In this document: in pieces, positions 1-5,513 of the stretch | How positions within the stretch are numbered: position 1 is the first letter of the stretch | Layout: every line of letters begins with the position of its first letter | From: a virus | Taxonomy: Duplodnaviria > Caudoviricetes | Length of the DNA: 24,136 bases | Direction: 5' to 3' (one strand) | IMG/VR virus record: IMGVR_UViG_3300047284_000209 | Span: 1-24,136 of that record | Translations under genes and position numbers: made by a program | Notes under the pieces: generated by a model | Seen by the model: the letters and a program-made list of their open reading frames with translations, nothing else | Database searches by the model: none | Told to the model about the DNA's origin: nothing

Positions 1-125
1 TCTTTGTCCTTCTCGGCGGCAACGAGGGCGGCGAAGCGTTCAGTTCCTTCAATGTAATCGTCGTCCCACGCCATGTGGTGCATATGCGCCTCTCGCGCCA
101 ACCGGATAACGTCGTCGCGGGTCAT
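1..125 (-). CDS. Small phage hypothetical protein (MTRDD... family), truncated by window edge
   Basis: Manual translation from ATG at 125: MTRDDVIRLAREAHMHHMAWDDDYIEGTERFAALVAAEKDK...; starts 1 nt after the upstream stop. The MTRDD-I-R-AREA...ERFAALVAA pattern recalls small proteins of environmental tailed phages. Confidence 0.75.
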   Translation of the reverse strand, partial: MTRDDVIRLAREAHMHHMAWDDDYIEGTERFAALVAAEKDK

Positions 126-358
126 GTCATTTCACTCCAAATTCTTCGTGTATTTCTAACAAGAACTCATCGTGCTCACGAGTAGCTTTATAAAGATTGG
201 CAAGCACTCTTGGAGTCAGTTGCGCCACTTCATCAAGCGCATCCATAGCCCCTGAATTGCCCTGAAATTCATGAAAGCGCAGCATGTCCCACTTTTCTAA
301 AATCTCTAGTGCCTCCTCAGCGGCTTTGCGTAGGTCGGTGATGTCGTCGCGGGTCATG
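111..358. repeat. 16-bp direct repeat GTCGTCGCGGGTCATG at 111-126 and 343-358
   Basis: Exact match seen; each copy covers the start codon and first codons (MTRDD) of two consecutive genes. Confidence 0.9.
127..357 (-). CDS. Hypothetical protein, 76 aa
   Basis: Track ORF 127..372; start reassigned to ATG 357 (MTRDDITDL...), which overlaps the upstream stop as ATGA. Confidence 0.7.
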   Translation of the reverse strand: MTRDDITDLRKAAEEALEILEKWDMLRFHEFQGNSGAMDALDEVAQLTPRVLANLYKATREHDEFLLEIHEEFGVK

Positions 359-560
359 GCTCTTGCACCCATCGCGAATCAAATCGCTTCAACTGCCTCA
401 CCTCTTCCTCCAGCTCCTCAATGCGCTGCACGTAAAACTGAATGCGCTCGCGCATCTCGCGAATCTCTATCCTGTATTCGGTCGAAGTGTGAGTCATACG
501 ATCCCACTCCTGATCCCACTCATCCATCTCATACAGTTGGTCTGTGCGTTTAGCAATCAT
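354..560 (-). CDS. Hypothetical coiled-coil protein, 68 aa
   Basis: Track ORF 354..575; likely start ATG 560 with AGAAGGAG upstream and ATGA overlap with the previous gene; heptad-like C-terminus. Confidence 0.7.
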   Translation of the reverse strand: MIAKRTDQLYEMDEWDQEWDRMTHTSTEYRIEIREMRERIQFYVQRIEELEEEVRQLKRFDSRWVQEP

Positions 561-706
561 GGCTCCTTCTCCCATTCGTCTTGCTTTTTAACGGCCTCTC
601 GTAATTCCTCAAGCGCTTTAACCATCTCGACTTCATCAATGCCGCACCACATCCAGCGATCGAAGATGCCAATGAAGTTACGTGCGGCTTCCTTTACTTC
701 GTTCAT
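557..706 (-). CDS. Hypothetical protein, 49 aa (not in ORF track)
   Basis: Manual translation MNEVKEAARNFIGIFDRWMWCGIDEVEMVKALEELREAVKKQDEWEKEP; fills the gap exactly with ATGA overlaps at both ends (703-706, 557-560). Confidence 0.75.
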   Translation of the reverse strand: MNEVKEAARNFIGIFDRWMWCGIDEVEMVKALEELREAVKKQDEWEKEP

Positions 707-1134
707 ACTGCGTTATCCCATGGGTTTTCTTGTGGACGAATCTGGTCTTCGTATCTTCGCTGATTCAGATACGTTGATGGGTGAGGGATGAATCCCTTCT
801 TCCACTGATCGGACTGCTTCATCGACTCGATGTGCTTCAAGATGCGGTCGATGTGTTTGTCGGCGTGGCTTTTCTTCCATGCCGTTAGAGCGCCTTGCTT
901 AGCGGTCTTCACTGGATAGGCAGACCAGAACTTCTCGAAGCTGGCATCGGCCCCTTCTGGGACGCCCTTACCTCTGCGAGAAAACTCTTTGATCAGGAAG
1001 TCAGCAATCTGAATCGCCTGATCTTTGTGGACGTAGATCTGCGAAGTAGTCCCGTCCGGCTTGAGCTGGCATATCTGCGTGACGCCGCGCTCGCGGTTCA
1101 CAGATAACTTAATCGGGAAGTGTTGTAGTTCCAT
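703..1134 (-). CDS. Phage replication-initiator-like protein (C-terminal helical domain)
   Basis: FEKFWSAYP-K--K--A--AWKK and FIPHPSTYLNQRRYED motifs are typical of phage replication organiser C-termini; SD GAGGAGG upstream. Confidence 0.75.
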   Translation of the reverse strand: MELQHFPIKLSVNRERGVTQICQLKPDGTTSQIYVHKDQAIQIADFLIKEFSRRGKGVPEGADASFEKFWSAYPVKTAKQGALTAWKKSHADKHIDRILKHIESMKQSDQWKKGFIPHPSTYLNQRRYEDQIRPQENPWDNAV

Positions 1135-1152
1135 GGAGCCTCCTCGAAGTGG

Positions 1153-1182
1153 AGACTATTCCCATGTCACAACAAGTGTCAA
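1153..1182 (-). promoter_or_regulatory. Candidate sigma70 promoter for the rep operon
   Basis: TTGACA (1182-1177), 18-bp spacer, TAGTCT (1158-1153), with an A-tract upstream of the -35. Confidence 0.5.
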
Positions 1183-1201
1183 TACTTTTTTTAGGGTGGC
1201 C

Positions 1202-1470
1202 GGTAATGGGAGTGCATTACCTAGAAGAATTACAGGGAGCCTGTATATTTACTAGGGATTTCTAGAGGCTCCCCACCTGACCCTGAGTGAGCAGATCTAG
1301 CCCATCCTAGCTAGACCTGCCTTCACATACTGACCCGTCGGTCGCATGATCCGCCAGCCTTGTCGCTCTGGGGTGCTAGCTTCGCCGCCCCGCCCGGTGT
1401 TTCAAGCTATCCCACAGTACCGGTATAACCCCGCGCACCCTGCCGTTGTGACCGACGATGCGCGGGGGTT
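1202..1470 (-). ncRNA. Hairpin-rich non-coding element (structured RNA or replication origin; family not identified)
   Basis: Stems at 1202-1221, 1231-1245, 1291-1320 (11 bp, with a G.U pair only on the minus strand), 1370-1391 and 1427-1470; no credible ORF. Confidence 0.45.
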
Positions 1471-1506
1471 GGAATTCTTGCCTACCCCTCAAGGCACAGT
1501 CAAGAA

Positions 1507-1785
1507 CTATTTCGCGTCAGCGTTCTCAACAAACACAACTTTGTTGCGGGTGTTCAGCGCCTGTTTGATGTAGTCCCAGTCGATGTCCTCCGACCGGTTC
1601 ATCAGGGTGCGGAAGTCCAGCTTGCCTTGGCTGTGCTTGTCGATAGCCACAGCGACGGCAAGGGACGTTGTCTCCGCCTTGCGGTAGATCATGGACGTGA
1701 TGTAGGCACCGGTAGTCCCGCCCATGTGGCCAAGAACTTCCCGCTCCTTCAGGTTCAGCCCCTTGATGTAGTCGATAAGCGTCAT
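1507..1785 (-). CDS. Cro/YdaS-like HTH transcriptional regulator
   Basis: 92 aa; MTLIDYIK...GTTGAYIT...SLAVAVAIDKHSQGKL matches the Cro/YdaS pattern; SD AAGGAGG; first gene at a divergent promoter. Confidence 0.7.
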   Translation of the reverse strand: MTLIDYIKGLNLKEREVLGHMGGTTGAYITSMIYRKAETTSLAVAVAIDKHSQGKLDFRTLMNRSEDIDWDYIKQALNTRNKVVFVENADAK

Positions 1786-1812
1786 GAGTGCCTCCTTTTT
1801 TGACTCAAGGAT

Positions 1813-1856
1813 AGTGTAGACGCAAGTGTTGACAGGTACAACTGACAGCGTATACT
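1813..1856. promoter_or_regulatory. Overlapping divergent sigma70 promoters
   Basis: Plus strand: TTGACA 1829-1834, 16 bp, TATACT 1851-1856. Minus strand: TTGTAC, 17 bp, TACACT towards the cro-like gene. TGACAG direct repeat at 1830 and 1843. Confidence 0.65.
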
Positions 1857-1971
1857 CGCCCCTAGTAACTAGATGAGGCTATACATGAGCTTCGATGAGG
1901 ATAACGACGGAGGCGCATACCACGCCCAAGTCGAGTTACGCGAAAGGTTTTACCAAGAGAAGGAGGCTAAG

Positions 1972-2601
1972 ATGAGTCTGATCGTACGAGAAACTGGCGG
2001 TGGTGGCGGTGACTTTGCTCCGGCTCCGGCTGGCGCCCACGTTGCCCGTTGCTACCGAATCATCGACCTTGGAACACAGGTCAAGCAGTGGCAGGGTGAG
2101 GAGCGCAAGGTCAAGCAAGTCCTGCTGAGCTGGGAGTTGCCGGACGCCAAGATCCCTGACGGCAAGCTGGCCGGTCAGCCGTTCTCCATCAGCGAGCGGT
2201 TCACTGCGAACCTATCTGAGAAGAGCAAGCTCCGTGCTGTGCTTGAAGCTTGGCGCGGTCGCCAGTTCACGAAGGAAGAACGCGATGGGTTCAACCTTGA
2301 AAACGTGCTTGGCAAGACCTGCTACCTGAATGTTGTTCATTCAAACAACAACGGCAAGACGTACGCCAATATCGCGAGCATCATGCCTGTCCCGAATGGG
2401 TTGAAGCCGCAGGGCCAGATCAACGAGAGCGTTCTGTTCTCTCTGGAGAAGTTCGACTTGGAGGTGTTCAACTCTCTGTCGAAGAACCTGCAGGAAACCA
2501 TCAAGAAGTCGCCTGAGTATGCGAAAGCTGTGGCTACCAAGGATCGTGTCGAGCTTTCGAGCGGCGATGTCGAGGAGCTTAACGATGACATCCCTTTCTA
2601 A
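1972..2601 (+). CDS. Phage SSB-like / NGO0469-like replication protein
   Basis: PAGAHVARCYRIIDLGTQ, WRGRQFT and YANIASIMP motifs; acidic SSB-type C-terminal tail ELNDDIPF; SD AAGGAGG before ATG 1972; in-frame upstream ATG at 1885. Confidence 0.75.
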   Translation: MSLIVRETGGGGGDFAPAPAGAHVARCYRIIDLGTQVKQWQGEERKVKQVLLSWELPDAKIPDGKLAGQPFSISERFTANLSEKSKLRAVLEAWRGRQFTKEERDGFNLENVLGKTCYLNVVHSNNNGKTYANIASIMPVPNGLKPQGQINESVLFSLEKFDLEVFNSLSKNLQETIKKSPEYAKAVATKDRVELSSGDVEELNDDIPF

Positions 2602-2971
2602 AGTTCTGGACTTTAACGTGCGCGACGCACTCGACAACCTAACTGCCGACATGTTCGGGAGCAAGGCGCTTGCTAGGCGCACTGATCCTGAAACCAGCCA
2701 CGAGGCTGCGTCCAAGGTCAACACGACGAAGCTCGAAGAGATCGTACTCAATACGATTCGAGACAGCGGCGTGTATGGATGCACAGCCGACGAAGTTGTT
2801 GCTGCCAACAGCGGTTACAAAGGCAACAGCCTGACGCCAAGGTTCGCCCCCCTCATCAAGAGGGGGTTGATCTACGACTCAGGTCTGCGCCGCAAGACTG
2901 CGAGTGGTTCAACACAGCGAGTACTCGTAGCCGCTGAATACAAGGGGGTTATATGCTTACCAACAAGCTGA
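2585..2971 (+). CDS. Phage winged-HTH DNA-binding protein
   Basis: ARRTDPETSHEAA motif followed by G-TADEV...SLTPRFAPLIKRGLIYDSG-RR; start at ATG 2585 (SD GAGGAG) is uncertain. Confidence 0.65.
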   Translation: MTSLSKVLDFNVRDALDNLTADMFGSKALARRTDPETSHEAASKVNTTKLEEIVLNTIRDSGVYGCTADEVVAANSGYKGNSLTPRFAPLIKRGLIYDSGLRRKTASGSTQRVLVAAEYKGVICLPTS

Positions 2972-3795
2972 ACCTTCCTCGTTCAATCGTTGCGGCTGTC
3001 TCAAACGACCGCTACACCCGTGGCAACAGCGACATCAGCGTCACACAACTGATCTCGCCGCCTTACCAGCGCAAGCTTCGGGAGACTGTCGAACCCAAGG
3101 AAGATGTATCCGATCGGATATGGTCTCTGCTTGGTCAGGCAGTACATCACGTTCTCGAACGTGCGTACCCGGAAGGCGCTGTCGATGCGGTTGTTGAGGA
3201 GCGGCTGTACACAACTGTGAACGGCTGGGTTGTGAGCGGACAGATGGATGTTCTGGAGTCCGGCGTACTGATGGACTTCAAGGTCACGTCAGTATGGTCT
3301 CGCGATGGCAAGCCAGAGTGGGAACAACAGTTGAACCTGCTGTCCGCGCTGTGCCGCCAGAAGTTCATCGAGACTGAAGACCCAAGGTACATCGTCAACA
3401 GCTTGCAGATCGTTGCGATCTTTCGCGACTGGGTGCAGAGCAAGGCTGGCTTCGACAACTACCCTGAGTCTCAGGTTGGTGTGATCGAAGTCCCGCTGTG
3501 GACTCCGGAAGAGCAGGACGCATTCCTGCTTGAGCGAGTCAAGCTGCACCAGTCTGACAAGCCTGATGTCTGCTCAGACGATGAGCGGTGGAAAACAAAT
3601 GACGTGTGGGCGCTTATGAAAGAAGGCCGCAAGTCTGCTGTTCGACTGTTCGACTCTGAGACTGAGGCTAAGTCAGCGGCTGATGCTGCTGGCTCTGGCC
3701 ATTCAGTTGTTCACCGTCGCGGCGAGTACAAGAGGTGCGCTGGGTACTGCAGTGTTTCGCACGGCTGCCCGACTTGGCAATCTGTTCCATTCTGA
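2953..3795 (+). CDS. PD-(D/E)XK (Cas4-like) phage exonuclease
   Basis: SVTQL, G-AVH--LE, EERL, SGQMD, DFKVT and QLN-L nuclease motifs; C-terminal RCAGYC-----CP cysteine cluster. Confidence 0.85.
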   Translation: MLTNKLNLPRSIVAAVSNDRYTRGNSDISVTQLISPPYQRKLRETVEPKEDVSDRIWSLLGQAVHHVLERAYPEGAVDAVVEERLYTTVNGWVVSGQMDVLESGVLMDFKVTSVWSRDGKPEWEQQLNLLSALCRQKFIETEDPRYIVNSLQIVAIFRDWVQSKAGFDNYPESQVGVIEVPLWTPEEQDAFLLERVKLHQSDKPDVCSDDERWKTNDVWALMKEGRKSAVRLFDSETEAKSAADAAGSGHSVVHRRGEYKRCAGYCSVSHGCPTWQSVPF

Positions 3796-3802
3796 GGCTT
3801 TC

Positions 3803-4099
3803 ATGCGTTGTCCATCGTGCAATTCAAAAACGCTGATCTTCGATACGAGGATTAACTACAGCGGAACGGGGCATCCCATGACGATCCGGAAGCGCCGTTG
3901 CATTAACTGCACGGCAACCTTCCAGACGACTGAGATTGTGAACGACGATATACCAGTCAAAGGAGAAAGCGATGAGGAAGAAAAGGGCCGTGACGAAAAG
4001 GGTGAGAGACGAAGAAGAAGTCTCGATCGAGACGCAAGTCGCAAGGATCTTGTATTTGGGGACGGCAGAATGCCTATCCATTCTGATACGTACCCTTGA
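3803..4099 (+). CDS. NrdR-type zinc-ribbon protein
   Basis: MRCPSC---T---DTR...IRKRRCINC---FQTTE matches the NrdR N-terminal Zn ribbon; no ATP-cone; GAGG upstream of ATG 3803. Confidence 0.75.
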   Translation: MRCPSCNSKTLIFDTRINYSGTGHPMTIRKRRCINCTATFQTTEIVNDDIPVKGESDEEEKGRDEKGERRRRSLDRDASRKDLVFGDGRMPIHSDTYP

Positions 4100-4148
4100 G
4101 ACAGCATCCGACATGATTGAGAAGTCTGGAAGCAAGATAGCTAAGTAA
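3972..4148 (+). CDS. Hypothetical protein, 58 aa (not in track; overlaps the Zn-ribbon gene)
   Basis: SD AAAGGAG then ATG 3972: MRKKRAVTKRVRDEEEVSIETQVARILYLGTAECLSILIRTLETASDMIEKSGSKIAK. Confidence 0.55.
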   Translation: MRKKRAVTKRVRDEEEVSIETQVARILYLGTAECLSILIRTLETASDMIEKSGSKIAK

Positions 4149-4167
4149 GCACAGAGGGCGAGGTGTC

Positions 4168-4542
4168 ATGGAATACGGTAAAGACCGCTTGAATGCAGAG
4201 ATTCGTGCGCTCAAGGAAGAAAACGAGAAACTTAAAGAGGCTCTCGTTAGCGCTAAAGGAGGACGAACTCAAGTCTCTACCCCTGATGCCTCGCCCTCTA
4301 TCGACATGGTCAATCACCCGCCGCATTACCAGATGCCGGGTGGCATTGAGACCATCGACTACATCGAGGCTGTCCTAGGTCAGGACTACTTCAAGACTGT
4401 CCCCGGCATTGTTGCCCATGGAGTCGGATGCTCGCTGAAATATCTCAGCCGTCCGGGCAAGGGGAAGTTCTCTCAGGATCTGCGCAAGTCTGTTTGGTAC
4501 GCCAACAGAGCGATTGAGGCATTGGAGAAGATCGGTGAATGA
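4168..4542 (+). CDS. DUF3310 domain protein (T7 gp1.7 nucleotide-kinase-like family)
   Basis: DMVNHPPHY...IETIDYI...LKYLSR...QDLRKSVWY signature; N-terminal coiled coil; SD GAGG. Confidence 0.85.
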   Translation: MEYGKDRLNAEIRALKEENEKLKEALVSAKGGRTQVSTPDASPSIDMVNHPPHYQMPGGIETIDYIEAVLGQDYFKTVPGIVAHGVGCSLKYLSRPGKGKFSQDLRKSVWYANRAIEALEKIGE

Positions 4543-4852
4543 CGAATCAGTTAGACAGCTATGGGCTAGCGTTATCAGCCAAGCCATCTGCGACATAGAC
4601 GTTAGGGGCGACAGACAGTCGCGCACTGACGCAATCAGATGGATCAACAGCGAAAAGGGTACGCCGCAAAGCTTCATCTGGATATGCGACATGCTCGACT
4701 TAGACGCAGGAAAGATTAGGATGCTTGCCATAAGTAGGCAGGGCAGGAAGCAGCTAACAGGAAAGCTGTTCTCTCGCCGCGCACTCGACTACAAGAAAGC
4801 CACGATGGAAGACGAGATTAACGCAATCAAAATCCAAGAAGTTCTTCTGTGA
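4535..4852 (+). CDS. Phage hypothetical protein
   Basis: Track ORF 4514..4852; likely GTG start at 4535 with GGAG upstream; LW-SVI-QA--D...W...SF-WIC--L pattern. Confidence 0.65.
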   Translation: MNDESVRQLWASVISQAICDIDVRGDRQSRTDAIRWINSEKGTPQSFIWICDMLDLDAGKIRMLAISRQGRKQLTGKLFSRRALDYKKATMEDEINAIKIQEVLL

Positions 4853-4859
4853 GGCAGCT

Positions 4860-5078
4860 ATGGATAATCGACTAACTGGAGTTAAGTGCAAGTGCAGCGG
4901 ATGCGGAAACTACTTCAACAGTACTTCGGCGTTCGACAAGCACAGGATTGGCAGGATCGGAAAGGTGAATGTCCCGCGCCACTGTCTTTCTATCGAACAG
5001 ATGATAAGCGCAGGGATGGTTCAGAACAAAGCTGGCTATTGGTCTTCCAAAGCATGGGATGCAAATAGAAAACTATGA
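4860..5078 (+). CDS. FDXHR-family putative zinc-binding protein
   Basis: CSGCGNYFNSTSAFDKHR motif with a later Cys; GAGG upstream. Confidence 0.75.
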   Translation: MDNRLTGVKCKCSGCGNYFNSTSAFDKHRIGRIGKVNVPRHCLSIEQMISAGMVQNKAGYWSSKAWDANRKL

Positions 5079-5185
5079 GAAAGTTAGCTTGGGCAATCAT
5101 CATTACTTTATTGCTGACAGTGGTATTCGCATCTGTCGGCGCGTACGTAACCATTGCCGCGCTGATCAACCTGATAAGGCAATGA
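5075..5185 (+). CDS. Small membrane peptide, 36 aa (not in track)
   Basis: MRKLAWAIIITLLLTVVFASVGAYVTIAALINLIRQ; ATGA overlaps at both ends (5075-5078, 5182-5185). Confidence 0.65.
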   Translation: MRKLAWAIIITLLLTVVFASVGAYVTIAALINLIRQ

Positions 5186-5343
5186 CCGACGAGCTGCACT
5201 TTGGGGCTGCTATCCAGCAAAGTCGAATAGACGAGCTGATGGAGACTGTGGCGAGGCAGGAGGCCACAATCGAGGAGCTTCAGAAAAAGCTCAGGGAACT
5301 TGAAGATCTAATCGAGGAGGCGGGGAGATTATGGAAGCGCTAG
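5182..5343 (+). CDS. Small coiled-coil protein, 53 aa
   Basis: C-terminal part of track ORF 5059..5343 from the coupled ATG at 5182 (MTDELHF...). Confidence 0.65.
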   Translation: MTDELHFGAAIQQSRIDELMETVARQEATIEELQKKLRELEDLIEEAGRLWKR

Positions 5344-5495
5344 TGGTAACAGTTGTTGCTGTTGTATGTACTGTTCCAGTTGTTGTTCTTTTTGTTCGCG
5401 CCATTAAGAGAGCTAAGCGGATATCGCACGAGCTATGGAGGGAAGTCCCTCCCCCCAATTGGAGATGTCGGAGAGGAGGGACTGACTACCTTTAA
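5331..5495 (+). CDS. Small membrane-anchored protein, 54 aa (not in track)
   Basis: SD GGGGAG; MEALVVTVVAVVCTVPVVVLFVRAIKRAKRISHELWREVPPPNWRCRRGGTDYL (TM helix then basic tail). Confidence 0.65.
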   Translation: MEALVVTVVAVVCTVPVVVLFVRAIKRAKRISHELWREVPPPNWRCRRGGTDYL

Positions 5496-5513
5496 CGCTT
5501 TTTGTACTTAACC

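Noticed and set aside
1202-1470. tRNA or C4 antisense RNA identity for the structured element
   Set aside because: No cloverleaf or T-loop consensus, and I could not match C4 features by eye; left unnamed pending an Rfam search.
1346-1573. 75-aa plus-strand ORF over the structured region
   Set aside because: No SD, overlaps the cro-like gene in antisense, and the hairpins explain the region better.
2953-3795. CRISPR-Cas association of the Cas4-like gene
   Set aside because: No repeat-spacer array or other cas genes; context is phage recombination/replication.
3803-4099. Calling the gene nrdR
   Set aside because: Only the Zn ribbon is present, with no ATP-cone domain.
5059-5181. N-terminal extension of track ORF 5059..5343
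   Set aside because: The interval is better explained by the 36-aa TM gene with ATGA coupling on both sides.
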